Source: an uncultured Gammaproteobacteria bacterium | Lineage (GTDB): Bacteria; Pseudomonadota; Gammaproteobacteria; SZUA-229 | Direction of reading: 5' to 3' | Length of the DNA: 64,000 bases | NCBI GenBank assembly: GCA_963924875.1 | Contig: CAWUSX010000022.1 | Coordinates: 124,129 to 188,128 of the forward strand | Shown: in pieces, positions 31,662 through 43,162 of the stretch | Numbering within the stretch: position 1 is the stretch's first letter | How the letters are laid out: each line of letters opens with the position of its first letter | Program-made: the position numbers and the translations under genes | The notes under the pieces: model-generated | What the model saw: the letters and a program-made list of their open reading frames with translations, nothing else | Told to the model about the DNA's origin: nothing | Database searches by the model: none

Positions 31662-32738
31662 ATGACACAAAAAATTGCAGTATTACCCGGTGATGGCATT
31701 GGCAAAGAAATTGTTGCTGAAGCGGTAAAGGTAATTAACTTTTTAAAAGCCGATGGTGTCCTGGATGTTGAGTTAACCGAGGCACCTGTTGGCGGTGCAG
31801 GTTATGATGCGGCGGGTGAACCATTGCCAGCTGCAACGTTAGAACTGTGCAGAAATTCAGATGCAATTTTATTAGGCGCTGTGGGTGGCCCGCAATATGA
31901 ATCGCTGCCACGTGACAAGCGTCCGGAAAAAGGTCTATTAGGTTTGCGTTCTGAGCTGGAATTATTTTCTAATTTACGCCCCGCCATTCTTTATCCTCAA
32001 TTAGCCGATGCATCTTCCTTGAAGCCGGAAATTGTGTCTGGTTTAGATATTATGATTGTGCGTGAATTAACCGGCGGTATTTATTTTGGTCAGCCACGTG
32101 CAATCACTGAAAAAGATGGTGAACGCTATGCTTATAACACGGCCGGATATAAAGAAAGCGAAATAGAACGTATTGGGCGTTCTGCATTTGAAATTGCGAT
32201 GAAGCGCGACAAACGTGTTTGTTCAGTTGATAAAGCCAATGTGCTGGAAGTGTCTGAGCTTTGGCGTGAAGTAATGGAACGTGTAGCGAAAGATTATCCT
32301 GAGGTTGAGTTAACTCACATGTATGTGGATAACGCGGCAATGCAATTAGTGAAATGGCCAAAGCAGTTTGATGTGATGGTAACGAGTAATTTATTTGGTG
32401 ATGTTTTATCGGATTGCGCAGCAATGTTAACCGGCTCAATTGGTATGTTGCCATCTGCCTCTTTAGATGCGAATGGTCGCGGCATGTATGAGCCGATTCA
32501 CGGTTCGGCGCCAGATATCGCAGGAAAAGGTATCGCCAATCCATTGGCGACGATTTTATCTATTTCTATGATGCTGCGTTACAGCTTAAACAATGCGGCC
32601 CTTGCACAACGCATCGACGATGCAGTGGGCAAGGTTTTAGACCAGGGATTACGCACGCCGGATATTATGTCGGATGGCTGTACTGAAGTGGGTACAGCGG
32701 CAATGGGCGATGCGGTGGTTGCAGCGTTAAAAAATTAA
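31662..32738 (+). CDS. leuB: 3-isopropylmalate dehydrogenase
   Basis: 358 aa isocitrate/isopropylmalate dehydrogenase family. Confidence 0.95.
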   Translation: MTQKIAVLPGDGIGKEIVAEAVKVINFLKADGVLDVELTEAPVGGAGYDAAGEPLPAATLELCRNSDAILLGAVGGPQYESLPRDKRPEKGLLGLRSELELFSNLRPAILYPQLADASSLKPEIVSGLDIMIVRELTGGIYFGQPRAITEKDGERYAYNTAGYKESEIERIGRSAFEIAMKRDKRVCSVDKANVLEVSELWREVMERVAKDYPEVELTHMYVDNAAMQLVKWPKQFDVMVTSNLFGDVLSDCAAMLTGSIGMLPSASLDANGRGMYEPIHGSAPDIAGKGIANPLATILSISMMLRYSLNNAALAQRIDDAVGKVLDQGLRTPDIMSDGCTEVGTAAMGDAVVAALKN

Positions 32739-32798
32739 AGTCTAAGCAGAGTCTCAGGGCTTTCGGTTAAAGTATAAAAAATTTATAAAGGTAAGATC

Positions 32799-33821
32799 AT
32801 GAGTAAAACATATGATGTGGCTGTAGTTGGCGCAACGGGTGCAGTAGGTGAAACGATGCTGTCTATTTTGGCAGAGCGTAAATTTCCTGTGGGCAAAGTT
32901 TATGCATTGGCATCTGAGCGTTCAGTGGGTAAAAAAGTTGAGTTTGGCGATAAGAGACTGACGATTGAAAACCTCGCGGACTTTGATTTTTCAAAAGTAC
33001 AAATTGGTCTGTTTTCTGCAGGTGGATCTATCTCGGCTGAATTTGCGCCTAAAGCAGCTGCAGCTGGTTGCGTAGTTATTGATAATACCTCGGAGTTTCG
33101 TTATGTAGATGATATTCCATTGGTTGTGCCAGAAGTTAATCCGCATGCGATTGCGAATTACACAAACAAAGGCATTATTGCGAATCCTAATTGCTCAACC
33201 ATTCAGATGATGGTTGCTTTAAAGCCAATTCAGGATGCGGTTGGAATTACACGCATTAATGTCTGCACATATCAGGCGGTTTCAGGTACTGGTAAAGAGG
33301 CTATCTCGGAATTGGCGAGCCAGACAGCGCGTTTACTGAATGGCTTGCCTGTTGAACCTGAAGTTTATCCCAAACAAATTGCATTTAATGTATTGCCGCA
33401 GATAGATGTGTTTATGGATAACGGCTATACAAAAGAAGAGATGAAGATGGTTTGGGAAACCAGGAAAATCATGGAAGATGAAAGCATAGAGGTTAATCCA
33501 ACGGCTGTACGGGTGCCGGTATTTTATGGTCATTCTGAAGCCTTGCATATTGAAACAAAAGAGAAATTGACTGCACAGGCATGTAAAGATCTATTGGAAA
33601 AAGCACCTGGCGTGCAGGTGATGGATACGCGTGAAGATGGTGGTTATCCAACGGCTGTAACAGAAGGCGCGACCCATGATCCGACCTATGTAGGGCGAAT
33701 TCGCGAAGACATATCCCACGAAAGGGGGATAAATATGTGGGTTGTATCAGATAATGTGAGAAAAGGCGCAGCATTAAATAGTATTCAAATCGCAGAGATT
33801 TTGATAAAAGACTATTTATAA
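32799..33821 (+). CDS. asd: aspartate-semialdehyde dehydrogenase
   Basis: VAVVGATGAVG Rossmann motif with catalytic Cys in NPNCSTIQMM. Confidence 0.95.
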   Translation: MSKTYDVAVVGATGAVGETMLSILAERKFPVGKVYALASERSVGKKVEFGDKRLTIENLADFDFSKVQIGLFSAGGSISAEFAPKAAAAGCVVIDNTSEFRYVDDIPLVVPEVNPHAIANYTNKGIIANPNCSTIQMMVALKPIQDAVGITRINVCTYQAVSGTGKEAISELASQTARLLNGLPVEPEVYPKQIAFNVLPQIDVFMDNGYTKEEMKMVWETRKIMEDESIEVNPTAVRVPVFYGHSEALHIETKEKLTAQACKDLLEKAPGVQVMDTREDGGYPTAVTEGATHDPTYVGRIREDISHERGINMWVVSDNVRKGAALNSIQIAEILIKDYL

Positions 33822-33936
33822 TCTATAGTTACACCTAAATGCTAAAGTTCATTCTTAGCAGTTGGGTGGAAATGTATGTTTCTTTCGCCCAGATATGTAC
33901 TAGATATAGTTAATAAATAGAAATTTACAGGATCGA

Positions 33937-36900
33937 GTGAGGGGACTACTTGTGCGCAAATTAACACTGAGCCTTGCCGTGATGGCTGCCTTATTGCCAG
34001 CACGCGGCTATCCATTAGGGTTGGGTGAGATAGAGCTGAATTCGGCGCTAAATCAGGAACTTAATGCAGAAATAGAAGTACTATCAGCGTCGTCTGACGA
34101 TGCGAATCAAATGATAGTTCAGTTGGCGAACCGAGACGCATTTATTCGCGCAGGTATGGATCGCCCTTATCTTCTACAACAGCTGCAATTTAAAATTGTT
34201 GAAAAAGAAGGCCGACCTTTTGTAAAGGTGTTTACCAAGTCGGTTATTCGCGAGCCATTTTTAAGCTTTCTAGTAGAAATAGATTGGCCGCAGGGCCATT
34301 TGTTGCGTGAATATACGCTTCTATTAGATCCACCTGTTTATAATTCTTCTACGGGTGCGGCTTCTGCTTCATCGGAGGAGGCTCATCCTTTTATTGATCC
34401 GGCTGATGTTAGAGCGCAGGCACAGCCGGGAGCTTCACTGCAGCAAGGTGGGCGGTCAACAGGTACCCATACCTATTCAACGGCGCAATCAGGCTCGATT
34501 AGTTCAGGTTCTGGCCGCAGTATGACGTACAGTGCACCACGATCTGCTGCTGCAGCACCTACTTCAATAGTTACCTCTCCTGTTACAAATCAATATCGCG
34601 TAAAGCAAGACGACACTTTATGGAGCATGGCCAATCGCATGCGGCCTGATAATTCGGTAAGTGTTGAGCAGATGATGCTGGCATTGGTGCGTAAAAACCC
34701 AGAAGCCTTTATTAAAGAAAATATTAATGGTGTGAAACGCGGCTACATTTTGCGCATGCCAGATCGTAATGAGCTCAGCCAATTGGATCGCCAACAGGCA
34801 GTTGCACAGGCTAAAAAACACGCCGCTTTATGGCGTGAATATAGTCAGAATTCGATGGGTCAGGCGCCGGCCTCCTCAATGGAGGGGCAGGCACCATCTG
34901 CTGGTACTTCAGCCGTTGAAGAAGATACTGCTGGTCATTTATCTATTGTTGGTGCGAGCAAGGCTGACGGTAGTGAACATGCGGGTGCAAATCAGCACCC
35001 AGATTCAGAGCTTGGCCGTCTTAAGCAAGAGCTTGCAATGGCAAGAGAACAACTTGAATCTGAGCGTGTTGAAAAAGAAGGCTTACGCACGCGGTTGTCT
35101 GATTTAGAGCAAAAAGTTCAAAGCGTTATCCAGATGGATGATGGTGAATTGGCCAAGCTGCAACAAGAGCTACAACAGCAATCCCAAACGTCTGAACAGC
35201 CTGTAGCTGAAGAGATTATTGAAGAAGTGGTTGTTGAGCCAGCTGAAGAGGGTGTTGTAGTAGAAGAGACGGTAACCGAAGAGGTTGCTGTCGAGGCAGC
35301 TGCGGAAGATGCAGAAGCGGTAGTTCAGGAAGATGCAGCAGATGCGGTGTTTGTCGATGAATTAGAGGTAAGCGCAGATAGCGAGATGACTGAGGCGCCA
35401 GATGTTGCCGACGAGACTCCGTCTATTGAGCCGCCTGCTTTTGCACAGCCCAAGCCTAAAGGTTTCTTTGATAGTTTGATGAATGATCCAAAATCACTCG
35501 GTATGATTGGCGGTGGTTTGGCATTTGTTCTGTTGTTAATTGTCTTGCTCTTAAAGCGTTTAAGGGGTGGAAAAGAAGAATCACAAGATGATTTTGCAAC
35601 AGAAAATGGATTTTCAGATGCGGCAGATTCAACCATGCAATTCGATGCGATGGATACATCCGCTGCAGATGATTTGAGCATGGTTGATACTCAAATTGAT
35701 GTGCCCGCAATGGACGAAGATACGCTCCTTAACCTGAATGATGATGAGCCTGCTGCGGTAGATGATCAGCAAGACGATGTTTTAGCAGAAGCAGATGTTT
35801 ACATTGCTTATGGCATTTATCAACAGGCAGAAGACTTGCTGAAAAATGCTATCGATAAAGATCCAGAGCGTGATGACTATCGAATGAAGTTAATGGAAAC
35901 ATACTTCGCGGCTAAAGATGCGACAGCATTTGAACAAACAGCAGCCCAGGCTCAGGCACGTAAAGGTAACGATGAGTCATATTGGGGACGTGTTGCTGCG
36001 ATGGGCTCTGAATTATGCCCTGGTAGTGAGATGTTTTTTGATACGGGTGAGGTTATTAGTGGTTTTGACGCCGATGTATTAGTGCCTGAAAAGCCTGAAA
36101 CCACAGATCTGGAGCTGGATGTTGATGAGGCTAATCTGGGTTTAGATTTAGGCGCAACAGCAGAAGTTGATGCACTAACAGATGACTTAGAGCTAGATGG
36201 TGTGCCTGATCCAGGTGAAGGAATGTCTTTTGAGTCATCTGAGACAGATGAATTTGATCTTGCGGGTGATCTTGCTGATATCGCGAACCAAACCGAAGAG
36301 CCACCTGCTGATGATGAAGTAGCCGAATCTCTTGAGTTTGAATTAGGTGAGCTTACTCAGGAAATACCCGTAAATAAGGCCGAGGATGAGGTGGTATCAG
36401 CTGAGGACGAGATGGATGATCTTGATATCGATGAAGACTTCTCGCTTGACTTTGCCGCCTCAGATTTAGGCTTCGAGGAGCCAGAAGAAGAGTCGACTTT
36501 AGAAACTGTTGTTGATGAAACCGACGACCTTGATTTGAGTGCAGATTTAGATTTAGGTTCGAATATTGATGAGCCCGCAACGACTGATACTGAAGAATCA
36601 TTAGTTGATGATGAGTCGATGGAAATGGATTTCACTGACGACTTAGGCGATAGTTTGAGCGACGATTTAGGTGAAATCCATCTTGATGATTCAGAACTGG
36701 ATCTAGGTGATGATCTGAGCCTGGATGAATCAACGGATGCTGCAGAGTTAGAAACTAATGCGCATAGCGTGTCTGTTTCTGATGATGAGGAATTTGATAT
36801 TTCAGAGTTGTCCGAAGATCTTGATGAAGTTAGTACTAAATTAGATTTGGCAAAGGCTTACATTGATATGGGCGATCACGAAGGTGCGCGCAGCATACTG

Positions 36901-36972
36901 GAAGAAGTTAAGGCTGAAGGTAATGACGAGCAGCAGAAAGAAGCTGAATCGTTGCTACAGCAAGCTGGCTAG
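33937..36972 (+). CDS. fimV: FimV-family peptidoglycan-binding protein (LysM, central TM helix, acidic repeats, C-terminal TPR)
   Basis: N-terminus LGLGEIELNSALNQELNAEIEVL and LysM domain YRVKQDDTLWSMANRM. TM helix LGMIGGGLAFVLLLIVLLL, a long D/E-rich repeat region and the C-terminal FimV motif LDLAKAYIDMGDHEGARSILEEV. asd-fimV-truA synteny. Confidence 0.8.
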   Translation: MRGLLVRKLTLSLAVMAALLPARGYPLGLGEIELNSALNQELNAEIEVLSASSDDANQMIVQLANRDAFIRAGMDRPYLLQQLQFKIVEKEGRPFVKVFTKSVIREPFLSFLVEIDWPQGHLLREYTLLLDPPVYNSSTGAASASSEEAHPFIDPADVRAQAQPGASLQQGGRSTGTHTYSTAQSGSISSGSGRSMTYSAPRSAAAAPTSIVTSPVTNQYRVKQDDTLWSMANRMRPDNSVSVEQMMLALVRKNPEAFIKENINGVKRGYILRMPDRNELSQLDRQQAVAQAKKHAALWREYSQNSMGQAPASSMEGQAPSAGTSAVEEDTAGHLSIVGASKADGSEHAGANQHPDSELGRLKQELAMAREQLESERVEKEGLRTRLSDLEQKVQSVIQMDDGELAKLQQELQQQSQTSEQPVAEEIIEEVVVEPAEEGVVVEETVTEEVAVEAAAEDAEAVVQEDAADAVFVDELEVSADSEMTEAPDVADETPSIEPPAFAQPKPKGFFDSLMNDPKSLGMIGGGLAFVLLLIVLLLKRLRGGKEESQDDFATENGFSDAADSTMQFDAMDTSAADDLSMVDTQIDVPAMDEDTLLNLNDDEPAAVDDQQDDVLAEADVYIAYGIYQQAEDLLKNAIDKDPERDDYRMKLMETYFAAKDATAFEQTAAQAQARKGNDESYWGRVAAMGSELCPGSEMFFDTGEVISGFDADVLVPEKPETTDLELDVDEANLGLDLGATAEVDALTDDLELDGVPDPGEGMSFESSETDEFDLAGDLADIANQTEEPPADDEVAESLEFELGELTQEIPVNKAEDEVVSAEDEMDDLDIDEDFSLDFAASDLGFEEPEEESTLETVVDETDDLDLSADLDLGSNIDEPATTDTEESLVDDESMEMDFTDDLGDSLSDDLGEIHLDDSELDLGDDLSLDESTDAAELETNAHSVSVSDDEEFDISELSEDLDEVSTKLDLAKAYIDMGDHEGARSILEEVKAEGNDEQQKEAESLLQQAG

Positions 36973-36996
36973 AAGCTGATAATTAGGTAGTACTAT

Positions 36997-37032
36997 AACG
37001 GCATCGGTCTTGTACTGATGCCGTTTTGTTTT
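36997..37032 (+). terminator. rho-independent terminator after fimV
   Basis: AACGGCATC(ggtcttgtact)GATGCCGTT followed by TTGTTTT. Confidence 0.6.
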
Positions 37033-37119
37033 ATGAAGATTAAATAAAGTGGCATATTGTTAAAAGCGTATGTTAATAATGGCTTTCTGTTTAAGTGATT
37101 TTTGGGTGGAGTTGGGATA

Positions 37120-37902
37120 ATGCGAATAGCATTAGGTGTTGAGTACGACGGTAGCCACTTTTCTGGTTGGCAAATGCAAAAAGATGGCACCCGCACTGTG
37201 CAAGAATGTCTGGAGATTGCTTTGTCTACCGTTGCAAATGAAAAAGTACAGGTAGTGTGTGCCGGTAGAACGGATACGGGCGTGCATGCTACAGGTCAGG
37301 TAGTGCATTTTGACTGTGCATCATATCGTCCAGAAAGAGCCTGGGTGATGGGCGTTAATGCGCACCTGCCGGATGATATTTCCTCACTATGGTCAGTGGA
37401 GGTTGATGATGAGTTTAGTGCGCGTTTTAGTGCAACGGCCAGGCAGTATCGCTATGTCATACTGAATCGTAATTCAAGATCCGCTGTCTTAAGTAAAAAA
37501 GTAACCTGTAAACATGGGTCTCTGGATGCTGATTTGATGCATCAGGCCGCTCAGTTATTAACTGGGGAGCAAGATTTCTCTTCTTTTCGTTCAGCGGCTT
37601 GTCAGGCGAATCACGCGATACGCAATGTGCATTGGGTAAAGGTGAGCAGGGTTGATGACTTTATTTATGTTGATATAGAGGCGAATGCCTTTTTGCACCA
37701 TATGGTACGCAATATTGTAGGTACCCTGGTGATGATTGGCGCCGCTGAGAAGCCAGTTGAATGGGTCTCTGATTTAATTAAAATCAAAGATCGTAATTTG
37801 GCTGGGCCAACAGCTGCTGCCGATGGCTTGTATATGGTGAAAGTAACCTACCCTGACAGTGCGGGTTTATTGAAATCGGCTTATTTGCCTCGATTTGTGT
37901 GA
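37120..37902 (+). CDS. truA: tRNA pseudouridine(38-40) synthase
   Basis: MRIALGVEYDGSHFSGWQ...GRTDTGVHA catalytic Asp motif. Confidence 0.9.
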   Translation: MRIALGVEYDGSHFSGWQMQKDGTRTVQECLEIALSTVANEKVQVVCAGRTDTGVHATGQVVHFDCASYRPERAWVMGVNAHLPDDISSLWSVEVDDEFSARFSATARQYRYVILNRNSRSAVLSKKVTCKHGSLDADLMHQAAQLLTGEQDFSSFRSAACQANHAIRNVHWVKVSRVDDFIYVDIEANAFLHHMVRNIVGTLVMIGAAEKPVEWVSDLIKIKDRNLAGPTAAADGLYMVKVTYPDSAGLLKSAYLPRFV

Positions 37903-38062
37903 CTTTAGTCTATAAGTTGTCGGTTATATTTACATAATCTAATAGGAGAGTGTAATGTTTTTATTACATTATCCACCTGGGCCAGGTTTGGTAGAATTGT
38001 TTGGTGTGAGCCGCAGTCATAAATGAGTTGAGTATCTGGTTTGCAAAGCCAGCTATTTTAGA

Positions 38063-38096
38063 AAAGCCCCTTCAATACTGAAGGGGCTTTTTTTTC
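38063..38096 (+). terminator. rho-independent terminator after truA
   Basis: Perfect 10-bp stem AAAGCCCCTT/AAGGGGCTTT with an 8-nt loop and a T9 run. Confidence 0.8.
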
Positions 38097-38143
38097 GTAG
38101 GGAAATATTTTAAAGCACAATTAATCGCTTAAGTTTCGAAATA

Positions 38144-38845
38144 TTGCGCTTATTTTCTGTTAAAATGCTGTCTTTCACACGACCTCCAATAGTGCTTAAG
38201 TTGAATACGGCTTTAAAATCAAGAACGCGCGTAAAAATATGTGGCATTACCCGAGCAGAAGACGCTGTGGTTGCAGCCCGACTGGGTGTTGATGCCATTG
38301 GCCTGGTGTTTTATGCGAAAAGCCCACGTAACGTAATGATTGATCAGGCAAGAGCCATATGTGACGCGCTCCCTGGCTTTGTTACTACGGTTGCGTTGTT
38401 TTTGAACCCTGATGATGCACTGGTTCGACAGGTGTTAACCAAGGTGAATATAGACTTGTTGCAGTTTCACGGCACTGAAACCGCTAGTTTTTGTGAGTCA
38501 TATACTAAACCCTACATTAAAGCCTTAGGTGTAAGCGGTGAGGATAATATTGCTGGATTGGTGGATTCATATGCATCGGCGCGTAGCGTATTGCTAGATA
38601 GTCATGTGCATGGTGCGGCCGGTGGTACAGGTGAGGTATTTAACTGGTTATCTATACCTGAACAGTTAAGGCGAAAAATTATTTTGGCTGGCGGATTAAA
38701 CCCAGATAATGTCGCGCAGGCAATACAGCAGGTTAAGCCGTATGCCGTAGATTTAAGCTCGGGAGTTGAATCGGCTCCGGGTATAAAAGACATTAATTTA
38801 ATGACCCGTTTAATGCAGGAAATTAAACGGGTTGATTGTGAGTAG
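38144..38845 (+). CDS. trpF: N-(5'-phosphoribosyl)anthranilate isomerase
   Basis: VKICGITRAEDA motif. The start is uncertain (38144 or 38165). Confidence 0.85.
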   Translation: MRLFSVKMLSFTRPPIVLKLNTALKSRTRVKICGITRAEDAVVAARLGVDAIGLVFYAKSPRNVMIDQARAICDALPGFVTTVALFLNPDDALVRQVLTKVNIDLLQFHGTETASFCESYTKPYIKALGVSGEDNIAGLVDSYASARSVLLDSHVHGAAGGTGEVFNWLSIPEQLRRKIILAGGLNPDNVAQAIQQVKPYAVDLSSGVESAPGIKDINLMTRLMQEIKRVDCE

Positions 38846-38851
38846 AGAGTA

Positions 38852-40069
38852 ATGAGCGAAAACAGCGGTAAAGATTATTATTCAATGCCAGATGAGCGTG
38901 GGCACTTTGGTGTATATGGCGGTAAATTTGTTGCAGAAACCTTGATGGAGCCCATTGAGGAATTACGTCAGGCCTACGAAAAATTCAAAAATGATGCAGA
39001 ATTCCAGGCCGAGTTTGATCGCGATTTAGCGCACTATGTGGGTCGCCCCAGTCCTTTGTATCATGCCGAGCGCTGGTCTAATGAATTGGGTGGTGCGCAA
39101 ATATATTTGAAGCGTGAAGATCTTAATCACACTGGTGCACATAAAATTAACAATACGATTGGTCAGGCCCTGCTGGCTAAGCGTATGGGAAAAAAACGTA
39201 TTATTGCAGAAACCGGTGCCGGCCAGCATGGCGTGGCATCAGCTACCGTGGCTGCACGCTTTGGTATGGAGTGTGTGGTGTATATGGGTGCAGAAGATGT
39301 AAAGCGTCAGGCGCCGAATGTATACCGCATGAAATTATTGGGTGCAAAAGTGGTGCCTGTAACATCTGGTTCTAAAACATTAAAAGACGCATTAAACGAA
39401 GCAATGCGGGATTGGGTAACCAATATAGACGATACGTTTTATATTATAGGTACAGTTGCGGGGCCGCATCCATACCCAGCAATGGTGCGTGATTTCCAGA
39501 CGATTATTGGCCGTGAAGCGAAGCGTCAAATACTCGAACAGGCGGGTCGTTTACCGGATGCCTTGGTTGCCTGTGTGGGTGGTGGTTCAAATGCGATTGG
39601 TTTATTCCATCCCTTTTTGGGCGATGAGTCAGTAGAAATTTATGGTGTTGAAGGGGGCGGTGACGGTGTAGATACGCCAAATCATGCGGCACCTTTATGC
39701 GCAGGTAAGCCAGGTGTGCTGCATGGTAACCGTACCTACTTAATGGAAGATGATAATGGACAGATTATTGAAACACACTGTGTATCTGCCGGTTTAGATT
39801 ACCCCGGCGTTGGCCCCGAGCACGCCTGGTTAAAAGATACAGGTCGTGCAAAGTACGATAGCGTAACAGACAAAGAAGCTCTGGCAGCCTTTCATAAGCT
39901 GACACGCACAGAGGGTATTATTCCTGCGTTAGAATCGAGTCATGCTTTGGCGTATGTAGAAAAGTTGGCGCCAACCATGGATAAAGACAAAATAATTATT
40001 GTGAATTTGTCTGGTCGTGGCGATAAAGACATCAACACGATTGCAGATTTGGAAGGTATTGAATTGTGA
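38852..40069 (+). CDS. trpB: tryptophan synthase beta chain
   Basis: 405 aa PLP enzyme (HTGAHKINN). Confidence 0.95.
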   Translation: MSENSGKDYYSMPDERGHFGVYGGKFVAETLMEPIEELRQAYEKFKNDAEFQAEFDRDLAHYVGRPSPLYHAERWSNELGGAQIYLKREDLNHTGAHKINNTIGQALLAKRMGKKRIIAETGAGQHGVASATVAARFGMECVVYMGAEDVKRQAPNVYRMKLLGAKVVPVTSGSKTLKDALNEAMRDWVTNIDDTFYIIGTVAGPHPYPAMVRDFQTIIGREAKRQILEQAGRLPDALVACVGGGSNAIGLFHPFLGDESVEIYGVEGGGDGVDTPNHAAPLCAGKPGVLHGNRTYLMEDDNGQIIETHCVSAGLDYPGVGPEHAWLKDTGRAKYDSVTDKEALAAFHKLTRTEGIIPALESSHALAYVEKLAPTMDKDKIIIVNLSGRGDKDINTIADLEGIEL

Positions 40070-40872
40070 GTCGGTTAAGTACAAAGTTTGCATCACTAAA
40101 AGCGGATAATAAAAAGGCATTGATTCCGTTTATTACCGCGGGTGATCCACATCCATCAGTTACAGTAAATTTAATGCACGATATGGTAGCGGCCGGTGCC
40201 AGTATATTAGAATTAGGCGTGCCTTTTTCAGATCCCATGGCCGAAGGGCCCGTTATACAGGCAGCATGTGAGCGCGCACTTGAGCATAATGTAAGCCTAA
40301 GAGATGTACTGGCTATGGTGGCGGAATTTCGTACAAAAAATAATGACACGCCCATTGTGTTAATGGGATACGCAAACCCAGTAGAAGTAATGGGTTATAA
40401 AGTGTTTGCTGAGGCCGCGTCTACGGCTGGTGTTGATGGTTTGTTGTTGGTTGATTTACCACCCGAGGAAGGTGCAGATTTGGTTGCCGCTTTAAAGGCC
40501 AGGCAATTAGATATGATTTTTTTACTTGCACCTACAACGACAGACGCTCGCATGCAATTGATATGTGATCAGGCCAGTGGCTTTGTGTATTACGTATCAC
40601 TAAAAGGTGTAACCGGCTCAGCTAATTTAGATGTTGATGCGGTTGTGCAAAAAGTTAATCAAATTCGTGGTCATACATCCATTCCGGTTGGTGTTGGTTT
40701 TGGTATTAGTGATGCCGCTACTGCAGCAAAGGTTGCTTCGGTAGCGGATGCAGTTGTGGTGGGCAGCGCACTTGTTAAACGCGTTGCAGAAAATGCAGAT
40801 GACCCTGAAAAAATTTCCAAAGAAGTTTGTGGGCTTTTATCCTCCATGCGTCAAGCTATGGATAATAACTAA
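40066..40872 (+). CDS. trpA: tryptophan synthase alpha chain
   Basis: 268 aa. 4-nt overlap with trpB. Confidence 0.95.
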   Translation: MSRLSTKFASLKADNKKALIPFITAGDPHPSVTVNLMHDMVAAGASILELGVPFSDPMAEGPVIQAACERALEHNVSLRDVLAMVAEFRTKNNDTPIVLMGYANPVEVMGYKVFAEAASTAGVDGLLLVDLPPEEGADLVAALKARQLDMIFLLAPTTTDARMQLICDQASGFVYYVSLKGVTGSANLDVDAVVQKVNQIRGHTSIPVGVGFGISDAATAAKVASVADAVVVGSALVKRVAENADDPEKISKEVCGLLSSMRQAMDNN

Positions 40873-40906
40873 AAGCGCTCAATAGCTTAAGATAAGGTTT
40901 AGAAAT

Positions 40907-41767
40907 ATGAACTGGTTTGAAAAATTAATGCCTTCACGTATTCGTACGGATGCAGGTGAAAAAGGTTCTGTTCCTGAGGGACTATGGACCAAGTGTGACT
41001 CATGTAGTGCAGTATTATATCGTGCAGAAGTAGAGCGTAACTATGAGGTTTGTCCAAAGTGTAATCATCATATGCGTATGGGTGCACGTAAACGATTAGA
41101 GAGTTTTTTAGATGAAGAACCGCGCGAAGAAATCGCAGAAAATTTAAAACCGCTTGATATTTTAAAATTTAAAGACAGTAAAAAATATAAAGACCGTATT
41201 AGTAGTGCTCAAAAAGCCACCGGTGAAAATGATGCACTGATAGCGATGAAGGGACAGGTGAAAAACATTCCATTAGTTGCGGTTGCATTTGAATTTAAAT
41301 ACATGGGCGGTTCAATGGGATCGGTCGTGGGTGAAAAATTTGTACGTGCGGCTAATATTGCATTGGCGGAAGATCTTCCGTTAGTGTGTTTTTCAGCATC
41401 GGGCGGTGCACGAATGCAAGAGTCTTTGTTTTCTTTGATGCAGATGGCAAAAACATCGGCGGTATTGCAAAAAATGTCGCAACGCGGGTTGCCGTTTATT
41501 TCGGTAATGACCGATCCTACTATGGGTGGTGTGTCTGCCAGTTTAGCTATGTTGGGGGATATTAATGTTGGCGAACCAAAGGCATTAATTGGCTTTGCGG
41601 GACCGCGTGTAATTGAACAAACGGTACGTGAAACTTTACCTGAAGGCTTTCAACGTAGTGAGTTTTTATTAGAGCATGGCGCAATTGATCTGATCATTGA
41701 TCGTCGTGATATGCGGGACAAACTGGCGAATTTGTTAAGTATGATGCAGAACAAACCAGCGGCATAA
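40907..41767 (+). CDS. accD: acetyl-CoA carboxylase carboxyltransferase beta subunit
   Basis: N-terminal zinc ribbon CDSCSAVLY...CPKCNHH plus a carboxyltransferase domain. Confidence 0.95.
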   Translation: MNWFEKLMPSRIRTDAGEKGSVPEGLWTKCDSCSAVLYRAEVERNYEVCPKCNHHMRMGARKRLESFLDEEPREEIAENLKPLDILKFKDSKKYKDRISSAQKATGENDALIAMKGQVKNIPLVAVAFEFKYMGGSMGSVVGEKFVRAANIALAEDLPLVCFSASGGARMQESLFSLMQMAKTSAVLQKMSQRGLPFISVMTDPTMGGVSASLAMLGDINVGEPKALIGFAGPRVIEQTVRETLPEGFQRSEFLLEHGAIDLIIDRRDMRDKLANLLSMMQNKPAA

Positions 41768-41842
41768 AAACAAATCAAAGAGCTGGGTGTATGGATTTCA
41801 GCTCTTTGATTTTCTTTTTCAATCTCATTACGGCTAAACTAA

Positions 41843-43135
41843 ATGCGATTTAATACACTCGCTGAATGGTTGAACTGGCAAGAAAGTTTAAATCCTAAAG
41901 AAATTGATCTGGGTCTTGATCGTGTGACCCGTGTTCTTGAACTACTTAATTTCTCTGCTGATTTTTTTTGCCCCGTTATCACCGTTGCAGGCACTAATGG
42001 TAAAGGTTCAACAGTTGCCTTTATAGAATCCATATTGCAACAGGCTAAACTCTCCGTTGGTTGCTATACCTCTCCCCACCTATTTTTATATAACGAGCGC
42101 ATCCGCGTAAATAATCAGTGTGTATCCGATGCAGACCTGTGCGAAGCCTTTGAGGTTATTGATCAGGCCAGAGATGGTGTTCCGTTAACTTATTTTGAGT
42201 TTGGAACGCTCGCGGCATTGGTGGTTTTTAAAAAATACAATATTGATGTGGCGGTGCTAGAAGTAGGGCTGGGTGGTCGTCTGGATGCGGTAAATGCGAT
42301 TGATGCAGATGTATCCGTGATCACCAGTATAGATATTGATCATGTGGATTGGCTGGGCGATAACGTAGAACTTATAGCAAAAGAAAAAGCTGGGGTTATG
42401 CGTCCGCATAAACCATCGATTGTGAGTTTGTTTAATCCGCCTGCTTCATTATTGAGCCATGCCCAGGCATTAGATGTACCGCTGCAGTGTTTGGGCAAAG
42501 ATTATTTATATCAGCGGCTGGCAAATAATCTTTGGCAGCTCAAGGGGCGTAATGTGCAGTTAGACAATCTGCCGCTACCGAGTTTACAAGGTGGCTTCCA
42601 GTTACAAAATGCAGCCGCAGCGATTATGGCGATTAAATCACTCAAGCTATTGGCTGAGGATAATACAGAGCGTGTTCGGAATGAGCATATACAGCAGGGC
42701 TTACAAAATGCCAAATTGTCCGGTCGCTACCAACGGCTGCACGATAAACCCGAAGTGCTTGTAGATGTTGCGCATAATGAGCAATCGGCGGCCAAACTGG
42801 CCGAGTTGTTAAGCGATAATCCCATTGCGGGTAAAACGATTGCGGTGATTGCTATGCTAGCGGATAAAGCAGTAGATGAAGTAATAGCAAAAATGCAGAC
42901 AGAAATTGATATCTGGTTTACTGCGGGGCTGAGCGTGCCGCGTGGCATGAATGCAAAAAACATCTTTCAAGCGGTGCGAGGAGTAGGTGCAGATGTTAGA
43001 CTTAGTGCCTGTGATTCGGTGACAGATGCATGTGCGCAAGCACGGGCTTTAGCGGCCGCAAATGATCGTATTATTATCTTTGGATCATTTTATACGGTGG
43101 CTGAGGCCATTACTTTTTTTAATGAAAATAGCTAA
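41843..43135 (+). CDS. folC: dihydrofolate synthase / folylpolyglutamate synthase
   Basis: Mur-ligase family P-loop VAGTNGKGST. Confidence 0.9.
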   Translation: MRFNTLAEWLNWQESLNPKEIDLGLDRVTRVLELLNFSADFFCPVITVAGTNGKGSTVAFIESILQQAKLSVGCYTSPHLFLYNERIRVNNQCVSDADLCEAFEVIDQARDGVPLTYFEFGTLAALVVFKKYNIDVAVLEVGLGGRLDAVNAIDADVSVITSIDIDHVDWLGDNVELIAKEKAGVMRPHKPSIVSLFNPPASLLSHAQALDVPLQCLGKDYLYQRLANNLWQLKGRNVQLDNLPLPSLQGGFQLQNAAAAIMAIKSLKLLAEDNTERVRNEHIQQGLQNAKLSGRYQRLHDKPEVLVDVAHNEQSAAKLAELLSDNPIAGKTIAVIAMLADKAVDEVIAKMQTEIDIWFTAGLSVPRGMNAKNIFQAVRGVGADVRLSACDSVTDACAQARALAAANDRIIIFGSFYTVAEAITFFNENS

Positions 43136-43162
43136 TGGCTAGCAGGCTTTGGACTAATTAGA

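Noticed and set aside
35325-35710. Minus-strand ORFs of 84-118 aa, and 36353-36635, inside fimV
   Set aside because: Antisense of the acidic repeat region gives Ser/Ala-rich low-complexity frames. The same applies to the + frame 34769-35107.
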